Source: Anaeromyxobacter sp.
Lineage (GTDB): Bacteria > Myxococcota > Myxococcia > Myxococcales > Anaeromyxobacteraceae
NCBI GenBank assembly: GCA_049840735.1
Contig: JASGJN010000001.1
Location: forward strand, 1 to 64,000
Length of the DNA stretch: 64,000 nt
Direction: 5' to 3'
Shown here: positions 1 to 10,562 of the stretch, in pieces
Numbering within the stretch: the stretch's first letter is position 1
How the letters are laid out: each line of letters opens with the position of its first letter
Position numbers and translations under genes: made by a program
The notes under the pieces: model-generated
Seen by the model: only the letters and a program-made list of their open reading frames with translations
Database searches by the model: none
What the model was told of the DNA's origin: nothing

Positions 1-1161
<1,161 letters not shown>

Positions 1162-1162
1162 G

Positions 1163-1807
1163 TCAGTCGCGGAGGGAGGAGAGCGCGTCGACGTCGATGT
1201 GGTCGAACTCGCGGCTGATGTGGTGGATGGCGATGCCCATCACGAAGACGCCCACCAGCACGTCCAGCAGGATGCCCAGCTCGACCACGAAGGGCAGCTC
1301 GCGGGCCAGGGCCTGGCCGAAGATGAAGACGCCGTTCTCCAGCATCAGGTAGCCGACCACCTGGGTGACCGCCTTGCGCCGGGTGACGATCACCAGGAAG
1401 CCGAGCAGCAGGGTGGCCAGCGCGATGGGCACCACCAGCCGCGACGGCGCCGGCCAGGGCAGCACCAGCTGCGCGCCGATCGAGAAGGCCAGCGCGATGA
1501 GCCCGGCGGCGATCATCACCGAGACGTGGAGCGAGACGAAGGGCTCGCTCTCGTGCACCACCCGCGCGGCGCGGATGGACCGCGAGAGCAGCAGCGGGAT
1601 CACCACCGCCTTGAGCGCCAGCGTCACGGCGCAGGTGAGCACCATGGCCAGCGCGCCGAGGTGGTGCCCCAGCGCGAAGGGCAGGAAGGAGAGCGCCGCG
1701 CCCTGCAGCGCCACCGCGCGCACCGCGGCGGTGATGCGGGTGGTGGCCACGGCCTGCAGGCCCAGCACCACCACCCAGAGCAGGAGGAAATCGGCCAGCT
1801 GGCTCAT
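1163..1807 (-). CDS. hyfE: Hydrogenase-4 component E-like membrane subunit
   Basis: C-terminal part of ORF 1163..3523: MSQLADFLL...KAVTQVVGYLMLENGVF...ELGILLDVLVGVFVMG...FDHIDVDALSSLRD; lies between hyfC-like and hyfF-like genes. Confidence 0.85.
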   Translation of the reverse strand: MSQLADFLLLWVVVLGLQAVATTRITAAVRAVALQGAALSFLPFALGHHLGALAMVLTCAVTLALKAVVIPLLLSRSIRAARVVHESEPFVSLHVSVMIAAGLIALAFSIGAQLVLPWPAPSRLVVPIALATLLLGFLVIVTRRKAVTQVVGYLMLENGVFIFGQALARELPFVVELGILLDVLVGVFVMGIAIHHISREFDHIDVDALSSLRD

Positions 1808-1808
1808 C

Positions 1809-2755
1809 TCAGCGCCCCCCGTTGAGCAGCACCGCGGCCAGCCCCAGCGCGGCCAGCGCGCCGGCGGAGACCAGCAGGTGCCGCATGCGCCGCAGGCGGA
1901 GCCGCGCCATCGTGGACTCGGTGATGCCCACCGCCACTGCCGCCCCCACCACGCCCGCCACCAGCACGCCCGAGGCCGGCCAGGCCGCCCGCCGGGAAGG
2001 GCAGGAGCAGGTGGCTGAGCAGCGCCGCGAAGAGGAAGAAGCTTCACCGCCGCGCCGTAGTGGATGAAGGCCAGGTCCGGCCCTCCGCCGTGATCGAGCA
2101 CCATCACCTCGTGGATCATGGTCAGCTCGAGGTGGGTGTTGGGGTCGTCCACCGGGATGCGGCTGTTCTCGGTGAGCAGCACGATGAAGAGCGAGGCGGC
2201 GGCGACCAGCAGCACCGGGTGGGTGAGCGCGGCCGCGGCGGCACCCACCGGCTCCAGGACCTCCTCGAAGCCGGCCCCGTGGGCGGCCACGCAGAGCAGC
2301 GCCAGCACCAGGAACAGGACCGGCTCGGCCAGCGCGCCGAAGGAGGCCTCGCGGCTGGCGCCCATGCCCTCGAACGAGGAGCCGGTGTCGAGCGCGGCGG
2401 CCACGGTGAAGAAGCGCCCCAGCCCGAGCAGCGCCGCGAAGGCCACCACGTCCCCGGCGAAGGAGAGCGGGGCGGAGCGGCCGCCCAGCGGCAGGAGCAG
2501 CCCCGCCACCAGGCTGGTCGCGACCATGGCCACCGGGCCGGCGCGGAACACCCAGCTGGTGCCGTGGCCGTAGACGGCCCCCTTGCGCAGCAGCTTCGCC
2601 AGCTCGAAGTACGGCTGCAGGATGGGCTGGCCGCGGCGGCCGGCCACGATGGCCTTCACGCGGTTGACGACGCCGGGGAGCAGCGGCGGCAGCACCAGCA
2701 GCACCGCCACGTGCAGCACGCGGTCGAGGATGAGGGCGAGCAGGGAGCCGGTCAC
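1809..2755 (-). CDS. hyfC: HyfC/HycD (NuoH-like) membrane subunit; +1 frameshift near 2042, probably a sequencing error
   Basis: GRRGQPILQPYFELAKLLRK, LDTGSSFEGMGASRE and ENSRIPVDDPNTHLELTMIHEVMVLDH motifs. The C-terminus (ESTMARLRL...) is in another frame and ends at TGA 1809. Confidence 0.85.
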
Positions 2756-4740
2756 GGCGCCACCCCGATTTGCCACGCCAGCAGCAGCACCAGCGTGGCC
2801 AGGACGTAGAGCAGGTAGAGCTGCAGGCGGCCGGCCTGGAGGGCCCGCACCCGCCCCAGCACCTCCAGGAAGCGCCGCACCATGGGCATCACGAACCGCT
2901 CGCCCGCGGCGTCGGCGTGGCGCTGCACGAAGCGGGCGCCGGCCGGGAAGTAGCCGTCCGGCCTCTCGCGCTCGACGGTGCGCGAGACCACCCCCGCGAG
3001 CGGCCCGATGGCCGGGTCGGGGAAGCCGGAGGCGGTGTACTGCATGCGCGGCCCGAGCGCCTCGTAGCCGCAGCCCCAGACCGGACCGGTCCGGACCTCG
3101 CGGCCGCGCAGCAGCCGCGCCCGCCCCAGCGCCAGCAGCGCCACCAGCGCCACCAGCGCCCAGGCCACGATGGTGACCGGCACCAGCGCCCCCATCAGCC
3201 GGGCGGGCGCCTCGGCGGCGCCGGCCAGCAGGCCGGCGGCGCGGCCCGGGATGAGCGCGGCCAGGCCGGGGGCGAGGCCGATGGCGGCCACCAGCGCCAC
3301 CAGGACCAGCACCGCGGTCCGGGAGCTGCCGCGGGGATCGGCGGCCTGCTCGCCGTGCGCGGTGCGCGGCGCGCCCAGGAAGGCCACGCCGTGCGCCTTC
3401 ACGAACGCGGCCGCGGCCAGGCCGCCGGCCAGCGTCAGCGCCACCACCACCCCGGCCGCCGCCACCGACGGGCCGGGCGGCAGCCGCGCCGCGCCGTGCA
3501 GCGCGGCGGTGAGGATCAGCCACTCGGAGACGAAGCCGGCGCCGGGCGGCAGGCCGGAGAGCGAGACGGCGCCGGCCAGGAAGGCGCCGGCGGTCGCCGG
3601 CATGCGGCGCGCCAGGCCGCCCAGCCGGTCCAGGTCGCGGGTGCCGGTCGCGTCGGCCACGTCGCCGGCCAGCAGGAGCAGCAGCGACTTCATGAGGCCG
3701 TGCCCCAGCACGTGCAGCAGCGCGCCGGCGAAGCCCAGGAAGGCCACGTCGGGCTCGCCGCAGGCGCGCCCCAGCACGCCGACGCCCAGCCCCAGGGCCA
3801 CGATGCCCAGGTTCTCCACCGAGGAGCAGGCCACCAGCCGCTTGAGGTCGCGCTCGGCCACGGCGTTCAGCGCGCCCACCACCGCGGTCAGCGCGCCGCC
3901 CACCACCAGCAGCACGCCCCAGGCCGCCGGCGGCGGGCCGAGGAGCAGCAGCAGCCGGGCCAGGCCGTAGATGCCCATCTTCGAGAGCGCGCCGGACATC
4001 AGCGCCGCGGCGTGGGGCGGCGCCGCCGGGTAGGCGTCGGGGGCCCAGAAGTGGAGCGGGAAGAAGGCGGCCTTGGTGCCGAACCCGAACAGCGCCAGGC
4101 CGAAGGCGGTGCCGGCCAGCGCCGGCGCCAGCGGGCCGGCGGCCAGCAGCCGGTCGAAGCCGTAGCCGCCGGCGTGGCCGGCCAGCAGCGCGAAGAGCAC
4201 GTAGAGCGCCGCGGCGCCGGCGTGCGAGGCGATGAGGTAGGTCATGGCCGCGCGGCGCGCGTCCGCCCGCTCGGCGTCGTGCGCCACCAGCCCCCAGGAG
4301 GCGAGCGTCATCACCTCCCAGGACACCAGGAAGAGCAGGCCGTCGCGGGCCAGCAGCACGCCCAGGATGGCGGCGAAGGTGAGCGCGTAGAGCGCGCCGG
4401 CGCGGGCCAGCCGCGGCGGCCCGGCGGTGCTGCGCGCCGGCAGCGAGGTGAAGCCGTGCAGCGCCGCCAGCCCGGCCACCAGCGAGGCGCAGGCGGTGAA
4501 GAAGGCGGTCAGCGCGTCGACCCCGAGGTGCACCTCGCCCAGCGGCAGCGCCCAGGCGGCGCGCCAGCTGGAGACCTCGCCGGTCACCAGCGCCCAGGCG
4601 GCGCCGGCGAGCCCCACCGCGCTGGCCAGGACGGTCCCGGCGGTGGCCACGCGGAAGGCGCGCCGCTCGTCGCGGGCCAGCAGCACGGCGGCGAGCGCGC
4701 TCGCCAGGGCGAGCGCGAGGGCGGCGAGCGACGGGGTCAC
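2752..4740 (-). CDS. hyfB: Hydrogenase-4 component B-like (NuoL/M-type) membrane subunit
   Basis: From GTG 4740: FLVSWEVMTL, FGTKAAFFPLHFWAPDAYPAAP, DLKRLVACSSVENLG, GLPPGAGFVSEW, WGCGY...RMQYTAS. The start overlaps the upstream stop. Confidence 0.85.
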   Translation of the reverse strand: MTPSLAALALALASALAAVLLARDERRAFRVATAGTVLASAVGLAGAAWALVTGEVSSWRAAWALPLGEVHLGVDALTAFFTACASLVAGLAALHGFTSLPARSTAGPPRLARAGALYALTFAAILGVLLARDGLLFLVSWEVMTLASWGLVAHDAERADARRAAMTYLIASHAGAAALYVLFALLAGHAGGYGFDRLLAAGPLAPALAGTAFGLALFGFGTKAAFFPLHFWAPDAYPAAPPHAAALMSGALSKMGIYGLARLLLLLGPPPAAWGVLLVVGGALTAVVGALNAVAERDLKRLVACSSVENLGIVALGLGVGVLGRACGEPDVAFLGFAGALLHVLGHGLMKSLLLLLAGDVADATGTRDLDRLGGLARRMPATAGAFLAGAVSLSGLPPGAGFVSEWLILTAALHGAARLPPGPSVAAAGVVVALTLAGGLAAAAFVKAHGVAFLGAPRTAHGEQAADPRGSSRTAVLVLVALVAAIGLAPGLAALIPGRAAGLLAGAAEAPARLMGALVPVTIVAWALVALVALLALGRARLLRGREVRTGPVWGCGYEALGPRMQYTASGFPDPAIGPLAGVVSRTVERERPDGYFPAGARFVQRHADAAGERFVMPMVRRFLEVLGRVRALQAGRLQLYLLYVLATLVLLLAWQIGVAP

Positions 4741-5441
4741 AGGTCCTCCTCGTCCAGCGGCGGGCGGGACGCGCGCACCGCCGCGAGCGCGGCCTCGGCG
4801 GCGCGGACGCGGGCCAGCAGGGCGGCGTCGGGGGCGCGCTCGCCCAGCAGGCGGCGCAGCTCGCCGTCGTGCAGCACGTAGGCGAGGCGCGAGAGCGTGG
4901 CCAGGTGCCCCTGCACGGTGGGTGAGAGGATGGCGAAGAGCGTCTGGACCGGGCGGCCGTCGATCGCGCCGAAGTCGAGCGGCCGGGCCAGGAAGGCCAC
5001 GATCACGGTGGGCGCGCGGGCGCCCAGCACCAGCGGGTCGCGCGGGTGCGGGAAGGCGATGCCGTCGCCCAGCCCGGTGGAGCCGAGCCGCTCGCGCGAG
5101 ATCAGCAGCTCCCGCAGCAGCGCGCGGTCCACCTCGGCCGGCACGCCCGGCAGCTGGGCCACCGCGGCCAGCGCCGCCTCCCGGGTGTCGCCGGGGACGT
5201 CGCGGTGGATGCCGCCGCGGGCCATGGCCTCGGCCAGCCCTTCGGGCGAGGTTGCCCCGGTCACCTCGGGTGGCAGCGGGTGGCCGCGGGTGTGGGCCCA
5301 CTCCAGCAGCTCCACCCGGTTGAAGAAGGCGTCCTCGCGCAGCCGGTGGTGCGGGATCTCCCCCGCACGCACCCAGCGCCAGACGGCCTTCTCCGAGACG
5401 CCCAGCAGGCGGGCGACCTCGCGCACGCTCAGATCAGCCAC
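4737..5441 (-). CDS. Excisionase-type HTH + PTS EIIA(Ntr/Fru-type) fusion protein
   Basis: N-terminal LSVREVARLLGVSEKAVWRWVRAGEIP HTH; C-terminal RERLGSTGLGDGIAFPH EIIA phospho-His motif. Confidence 0.85.
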   Translation of the reverse strand: MADLSVREVARLLGVSEKAVWRWVRAGEIPHHRLREDAFFNRVELLEWAHTRGHPLPPEVTGATSPEGLAEAMARGGIHRDVPGDTREAALAAVAQLPGVPAEVDRALLRELLISRERLGSTGLGDGIAFPHPRDPLVLGARAPTVIVAFLARPLDFGAIDGRPVQTLFAILSPTVQGHLATLSRLAYVLHDGELRRLLGERAPDAALLARVRAAEAALAAVRASRPPLDEEDL

Positions 5442-5608
5442 GTGGCCTCCGGGGAGCGGCCGCGGAGCGCCTGGCGGCTTCTATGGAAGGGTTCGGCTCG
5501 CACGGCGGGGCGCGCGGCGGACCGGCAGGCCCGCTCCGCGCGGGGCGGACTCTACACCCGCCCCTCCCCTGGACTCAACGCGGCGAACCCGCGCGCCCGC
5601 GGGCGCGC

Positions 5609-5944
5609 TCAGGGTGCGGCTGGATGCTCGGCGGGCGGCTCCAGCGGCCGCGTGGCGAGCGGCGGCGGCAGCGCCAGCGGCTCCTCCGGCATGGCGATCC
5701 ACATGGCGAGGTAGACCACGAGGCCCCATCCGCCGAAGAGGATGGAGAGCAGGAAGACCAGCCGGACGGCGGCGCACGGCACGCCGAAGCGCTGCGAGAG
5801 GCCTCGGGCGATGCCGGCGAGCATCCGCCCCTCGCGCGCGCGGTACCACTCGCGGGCGGGCGGGCGGGCCACCATCCAGCTGGTGCAGGCCGCGCAGCGG
5901 GTCGCGCCGGCGGCGTTCTCGGTGCGGCAGTAGGGGCAGAGCAT
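5609..5944 (-). CDS. Zinc-ribbon + PspC domain protein
   Basis: CPYC...CAAC, then WYRAREGRMLAGIARGLSQRFG...VYLAMWIAMPEE (PspC signature). Confidence 0.8.
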   Translation of the reverse strand: MLCPYCRTENAAGATRCAACTSWMVARPPAREWYRAREGRMLAGIARGLSQRFGVPCAAVRLVFLLSILFGGWGLVVYLAMWIAMPEEPLALPPPLATRPLEPPAEHPAAP

Positions 5945-5987
5945 CTGGGGTCGTCCTCCTCCCCCAACCTACGCACCGCGTCGCGGG

Positions 5988-7292
5988 CTATTTCAGCTGG
6001 GCGGGCTCCGGCTGGACGAGGCGGGCGCAGATGGCCTCGGCGGCCTGGGCGTGCTCCGGCGCGACCAGCAGCTGCACCGGCGCGAAGGGCGCGAAGGCGT
6101 GGAAGAGCGCGCGGAAGCGCATCGTCCGCGGGCGCGCGGCGATGCCCTGCGCTGCCAGCTCCGCGACGATGGGCGGGACGGCGTGGACGCGGTGGATGGC
6201 GCCGGCCGCCACGCTCGCGCCGGTCCGACGCGCCCGCACCTCGCCGGCCAGGTCGGCGACCAACGCGGCGATCATGGCCAGCCCCAGCGCCACGTCGGCG
6301 CTGACCAGGATGGGCAGGCCCAGCAGCAGCATGACCAGCGGCAGGAGCGCGGCCAGGGTCACGGCCAGCAGCGAGCGCGCGTGGGCGCGCAGCAGGGCGG
6401 CGCGGATGGCCTCCGGCGGCGCGACCGCGGCGGCGCGGCGGTGGGCCTCGACGACCGCGCGGCGGCCGGTGAAGAGCGGGGCCAGCGCGAGGGCCAGCAG
6501 CACGGCCAGCGCGGCCTGCAGCGCCAGCGCCGGCCGCTCGCGCTGCGGGAGTGCTTCGGCCAGCGGCGCGAGCGCGGTCCAGCGCTCGCCGGCCCCGGTG
6601 AGCAGGCCCAGCAGGAGCGGTGGCAGGGCCACCACCGCCATGCTGCAGGTGGGCGCGGGGATGCGGGGGCCGTCGCCGGGGCGCGTGCGCAATAGCCTGG
6701 CCACCAGCGCGGCGCCGGCCAGCAGCGCGAGCAGGGCCACGAGCTTGGCACCCGTGCCCCAGAGATCCCGGGTGTCGCGCACCAGGCCGGCCAGGGTCAG
6801 GAGCTCCTGCGCCACCTGGGTGGACAGCAGCAGCGCGAAGCCGTTCCCGAGGCCGCGGCGCGTGACCAGCTCGGCCAGGGCGCCGCAGAGGAGCGTGCCG
6901 GCGACCAGCGACAGCGCGGCGGCGGTTGGCCCGAAGGCGCCGCCGAGCAGGAGCGGGCGGCCCAGCGGGGCGGAGAGCGCGGTGAGCACGCCGATGAGCT
7001 GCCAGGCCTGCAGGGCGGCCAGCGCGGTGCCGAGGAGCCAGGCGGCGGTGAGCAGACCGGCGCGTCGCTGGCGGGGGCCGCGGAAGCGCGGAGCGAGGGC
7101 GAGCAGCAGGGACAGGGCTTCGACGACGAGGAATGCGGTGACCAGGGGCCGCAGGCCCAGCGCGAGGAGGCGCGGGTTGGGGGCGTCGGGGGCGAGGAAA
7201 GGGAGCGGCAGGTGCTGCAGGTAGAGCCAGAGCGCGAGGGCGCCGGATGAGGTGGCGGCGCGGCGGAGCAGGTGGTGGGCGGGCGCCGGCAT
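5988..7292 (-). CDS. Divergent SecY-like polytopic membrane protein with a C-terminal soluble (DUF2007-like) domain
   Basis: Segments matching SecY TM1-TM5: LQHLPLPF, LALGLRPLVTAFLVVE, LAALQAW, SLVAGTLLCGALAELVTRRGLGNGFALLL. Start uncertain (7292 or 7310). Confidence 0.6.
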   Translation of the reverse strand: MPAPAHHLLRRAATSSGALALWLYLQHLPLPFLAPDAPNPRLLALGLRPLVTAFLVVEALSLLLALAPRFRGPRQRRAGLLTAAWLLGTALAALQAWQLIGVLTALSAPLGRPLLLGGAFGPTAAALSLVAGTLLCGALAELVTRRGLGNGFALLLSTQVAQELLTLAGLVRDTRDLWGTGAKLVALLALLAGAALVARLLRTRPGDGPRIPAPTCSMAVVALPPLLLGLLTGAGERWTALAPLAEALPQRERPALALQAALAVLLALALAPLFTGRRAVVEAHRRAAAVAPPEAIRAALLRAHARSLLAVTLAALLPLVMLLLGLPILVSADVALGLAMIAALVADLAGEVRARRTGASVAAGAIHRVHAVPPIVAELAAQGIAARPRTMRFRALFHAFAPFAPVQLLVAPEHAQAAEAICARLVQPEPAQLK

Positions 7293-7436
7293 GGAAGGGG
7301 AAGGTAGCATGCGTGCGGCGATCGGCGCGGGCGGTCCTGCCGGCGGGACAGGGCGCCGGGGTCGGGACCGTGCTGACGAAAGGTGAAGGGGGCGCCATTC
7401 AACCGAAGTCGGCGCCGCCTCCGGTTCGCGCACCGC

Positions 7437-8057
7437 TCACCGTCCAAAGTGCCCGACCCACAGCTTCCGCTCGAACTTCACCCGCTCCTCGCGCTGGCGG
7501 CGCAGGGTCAGGCCGTAGTGGTCGAACAGGTGCACCAGCTCCTCCGGTGATACCCGGTGCTCGCCCTGCACCACCGCGGCCAGCGCCGGCGTGGGCGGGG
7601 GCGGGCCGCCGCCGCCGGGAAGCTCCAGCACCACGCCGCAGGCGCCGTGCGGCGCCAGCCAGCCGGAGATGGCCCGCACCAGCACCTCGGGGTGGAGGTG
7701 CTCGAAGATCAGGGCGGCGTCGATCAGGTCGAAGCTCTCCGGCGACGCCTCGAACTTGAGCGCATCCTTGCAATGGAGCTCCAGCTTCGCGCCCAGGTGC
7801 ATGAAGCGCTGGCGCGCCACCATCAGGTACTGGAGGTTGAGATCCACCGCCACCACCCGGCGCGTGACGCCCGGGTCCACGTGTTCCAGGCCGACGCCCG
7901 GCCCGCACCCCAGCACCAGCAGCCGGTCCGGCTGCGCGCCCAGGTAGGTCTCCTGGAAGATGGCCGAGAGCGTGGCCAGCTGGTCCAGCCCCTCCGGCCC
8001 CATGTACCGCTCGTAGTCGGCGGCGGGGACCACGTTCCAGGGGCTGATGGCGTCCAT
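7437..8057 (-). CDS. Class I SAM-dependent methyltransferase
   Basis: LLVLGCGPGVGL motif I, VVAVD, SFDLIDAALIFEHL. Confidence 0.8.
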   Translation of the reverse strand: MDAISPWNVVPAADYERYMGPEGLDQLATLSAIFQETYLGAQPDRLLVLGCGPGVGLEHVDPGVTRRVVAVDLNLQYLMVARQRFMHLGAKLELHCKDALKFEASPESFDLIDAALIFEHLHPEVLVRAISGWLAPHGACGVVLELPGGGGPPPPTPALAAVVQGEHRVSPEELVHLFDHYGLTLRRQREERVKFERKLWVGHFGR

Positions 8058-8141
8058 GGCCCAAGCCTAGCGCACACCGGGCCCGCCGCGGGGCAGTGCA
8101 CCGCCAGGGACGCGGAAGGGCCTGAAAGGACCGGGCTGGAC

Positions 8142-9083
8142 TCAGCGCCCGGCCGTCACGGCCAGCAGCGCCAGCCCCTCCCAGAGCAGGTGGGCGGCCA
8201 GGGTGCTGGTCTGGTCGTTCCGGTCGAGCATCGGGCAGACCTCCACCACGTCCATGCCCAGGATCGGCGCGCCGGCCAGCGCGCGCAGCAGCGCGAAGGC
8301 CTCGCGGCTGGTGAGGCCGCCGGGCACGGGCGTGCCGGTGCCGGGGGCGAAGGCCGGGTCGAGCGCGTCCACGTCGAAGGAGACGTAGACCGGCCGCCCC
8401 TCCAGCGCCCGGCGGACCCCGGCCCCCACCGCCGCCGCGCCGCGCTCGGCCAGCTGCTCGGCCGTGATCACCGTGCCGCCGTGCCGCCGGGTGGGCGCGT
8501 CCTCGTCGGCCGAGCCCCAGCTGCCGCGGATGCCGACCTGGAAGAGCGCGCCGCGCGCCACCAGCCCCTCCTCGAGGGCGTGGCGGAACGGGGTGCCGTG
8601 GTGGAACGGCTCGCCCCAGGTCTCGGGGCCGCTGGTGTCGAGGTGCGCGTCCACGTGGAGCACCGCCAGCGGGCCGTGGACGGCGTGCAGCGCCCGCAGG
8701 ATGGGGAGCGTGACGGCGTGGTCGCCGCCCACGACGAACGGGGCCGCCCCGGTGGCCGCCACCACCTGCACCTGCGCCCGCACCGCCTCGCGCATGATCT
8801 CGGCGGAGAAGGGCGGGAAGGCCACGTTGCCGCCGTCCACCGCCGGCACCGCCGCGAACACGTCCACCTGGTGGACCGGGTGCCACGGCTGCAGGAAGGC
8901 CGACGCCTGGCGCACCGCCCACGGCGCCAGGCGCGCGCCGGGGTGGTGGGTGGCGCCCAGGTCGGTGGGCACGCCCAGCAGGACCGCCCGCGTGTCCGGC
9001 GGCGGCGCGCCGGTGACCACCGGCAGCCGGAAGAACGGCGCCTGGCCGTGGCGGAGATGGGTCAGCGCGTCTGCCTGGGCCAT
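8142..9083 (-). CDS. Agmatinase-family ureohydrolase
   Basis: GGDHAVT, HVDAHLD, HHGTPF, SFDVDALDPAFAPGTGTPVPGG and DVVEV motifs; ATG 9083. Confidence 0.9.
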   Translation of the reverse strand: MAQADALTHLRHGQAPFFRLPVVTGAPPPDTRAVLLGVPTDLGATHHPGARLAPWAVRQASAFLQPWHPVHQVDVFAAVPAVDGGNVAFPPFSAEIMREAVRAQVQVVAATGAAPFVVGGDHAVTLPILRALHAVHGPLAVLHVDAHLDTSGPETWGEPFHHGTPFRHALEEGLVARGALFQVGIRGSWGSADEDAPTRRHGGTVITAEQLAERGAAAVGAGVRRALEGRPVYVSFDVDALDPAFAPGTGTPVPGGLTSREAFALLRALAGAPILGMDVVEVCPMLDRNDQTSTLAAHLLWEGLALLAVTAGR

Positions 9084-9823
9084 GCCTGGTCCTCGGTGTG
9101 GGGCTGCAGCAGCGCCCGGGTGCGGGCGTGGGCCGCCGCGGCCAGCGCCTCGGCGGTCGGGTACCGGCGGGAGGGGATGGGCTGGCCGAAGGTGAGCCGG
9201 ACGGTGGCGGCGCCCAGCGCGGCGAAGCGCAGGTAGTGCGGCAGGAAGGTGGCGTCGCCGGTCCAGCACAGAGCCGCAGGCTCGTAGCGGAGCGCCACCG
9301 GGACCACCGGCACCTCGAGCCGGCGGGCCACGCCGAAGAGCCCCTTCCTGAAGGGCAGGAGCTGCGAGCCGTCGGTGGTGGTGCCCTCGGGGAAGTTGAG
9401 CGCCAGCGCGCCGTCCACCAGCACCTGCTCCACCGCGCCCATCACCCGCAGCCGCGAGTGGGCGCTGGAGCGCTCCACGAAGAGCACGCCGGTGCGCCGG
9501 GCCACCGCGCCGAACACCGGCCACGCGGCGAGCTCGGACTTGGAGACCGGGACGCAGGGCACGGCCGCGGCCACCACCAGCGGGTCCAGGTAGGAGAGGT
9601 GGTTCGCGGCCAGCAGCGCCGGGCCGGTGGGGATGGGCCCCTGGACCTGGATCGAGAGCCGGTGGACCTCCAGCGCGGCCCGCGCCGCGCCGGTGAGGAG
9701 CGCCGCGCGCCGGTGCCGGACCTCCGCCCGCGCTCCGCCCAGCCGGCCCGCCCGCAGCAGCGTCTGCCCCGCCAGCCCGGCCACCGTCGCCAGCCGGACC
9801 GCGGCGCGGGCGGCGCCGATCAC
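9062..9823 (-). CDS. PlsC/OlsA-family lysophospholipid acyltransferase
   Basis: ANHLSYLD (HX4D), FVERS, FPEGTT and PVVPVAL motifs; GTG 9823 overlaps the upstream TGA. Confidence 0.85.
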   Translation of the reverse strand: MIGAARAAVRLATVAGLAGQTLLRAGRLGGARAEVRHRRAALLTGAARAALEVHRLSIQVQGPIPTGPALLAANHLSYLDPLVVAAAVPCVPVSKSELAAWPVFGAVARRTGVLFVERSSAHSRLRVMGAVEQVLVDGALALNFPEGTTTDGSQLLPFRKGLFGVARRLEVPVVPVALRYEPAALCWTGDATFLPHYLRFAALGAATVRLTFGQPIPSRRYPTAEALAAAAHARTRALLQPHTEDQAWPRQTR

Positions 9824-10375
9824 GCCGCCCCCAGCGACGGCGCCGCCCGCAGCGGACGCGGCGGCTGCGCGGCCGGCTCCACCAGCCCCATGCGCTCGAA
9901 GCGGGCGCGGAGCCGCTCGAATCCCCTCGCGGTCGATGCGCGAGATGAGCCGGCGATCCCCGGCGCCGTAGAAGGCCTCGTGCACGCCCACCTCCTTGGC
10001 CCCCAGCGCCTGGTGGAGCGAGCGGGCCTGGAGGTTCGCCTCCTTGACCGTGAACCAGCAGGACTCGCAGCGCGGCAGCAGCGAGGCCAGGAGCGCGCGC
10101 AGCAGCAGGAACGCGACCCGCGTGCCCTGGTACGCCGGGGCCACCGCCAGCGTGGTGCAGTAGGCCTCCCTGCCCTTCACGAAGCTGAGCACGTAGCCGG
10201 CCGGCTCCTCGCCGTCGTGCACGACGAAGCAGGAGTCGGCGTAGAAGTCGCAGCAGAGCCGGACGTAGTACGGGCCCAGCACCGACTCCCCCTCGGCGCC
10301 GAAGACCTCCTGCTCCAGGCGCATCAGGGTGTCGAAGTCGTCGGGGCGCAGCGGTCGGATGGTCTTCTCGGCCAT
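9820..10375 (-). CDS. GNAT-family N-acyltransferase; +1 frameshift near 9921 makes it look fused to the PlsC gene
   Basis: TTLAVAPAYQGTRVA acyl-CoA-binding motif and NLQARSLH. Removing one base gives ...REGFERLRARFERMGL...* ending in a GTGA overlap. Confidence 0.75.
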
Positions 10376-10562
10376 GGGGGCCCTCCTCGTTCGGCGTGGA
10401 CGCTACGGGACCTGCGCGTCCGCCCGGTCGCACGACCGCAACGTTGCGGCGAACGCGCCGGGGCTGCCGAGTTCACCCGGACTTTCCTGGCCGTTGGCCG
10501 GATCGTCACGCGGGCCGTGTTCGATGGCGCGGACGGACGGACAGGCAGGGGGGCCGGCGGCC

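Noticed and set aside
1163..3523. Apparent 786-aa HyfC-HyfE fusion
   Set aside because: Caused by the indel near 2042 plus upstream read-through in GC-rich DNA.
5442..5608. Fluoride or sodium riboswitch before the hyf/Ehr operon
   Set aside because: Hairpins are present, but I could not match the conserved riboswitch nucleotides.
9062..10375. Apparent 437-aa GNAT-PlsC fusion (OlsF-like)
   Set aside because: The linker is out-of-frame sequence. Removing one base near 9921 gives a normal GNAT C-terminus and a GTGA stop/start overlap, so two genes are more likely.
10376..10562. Guanidine riboswitch ahead of the ureohydrolase operon
   Set aside because: No paired ACGR-loop hairpins or ykkC consensus on the coding strand.
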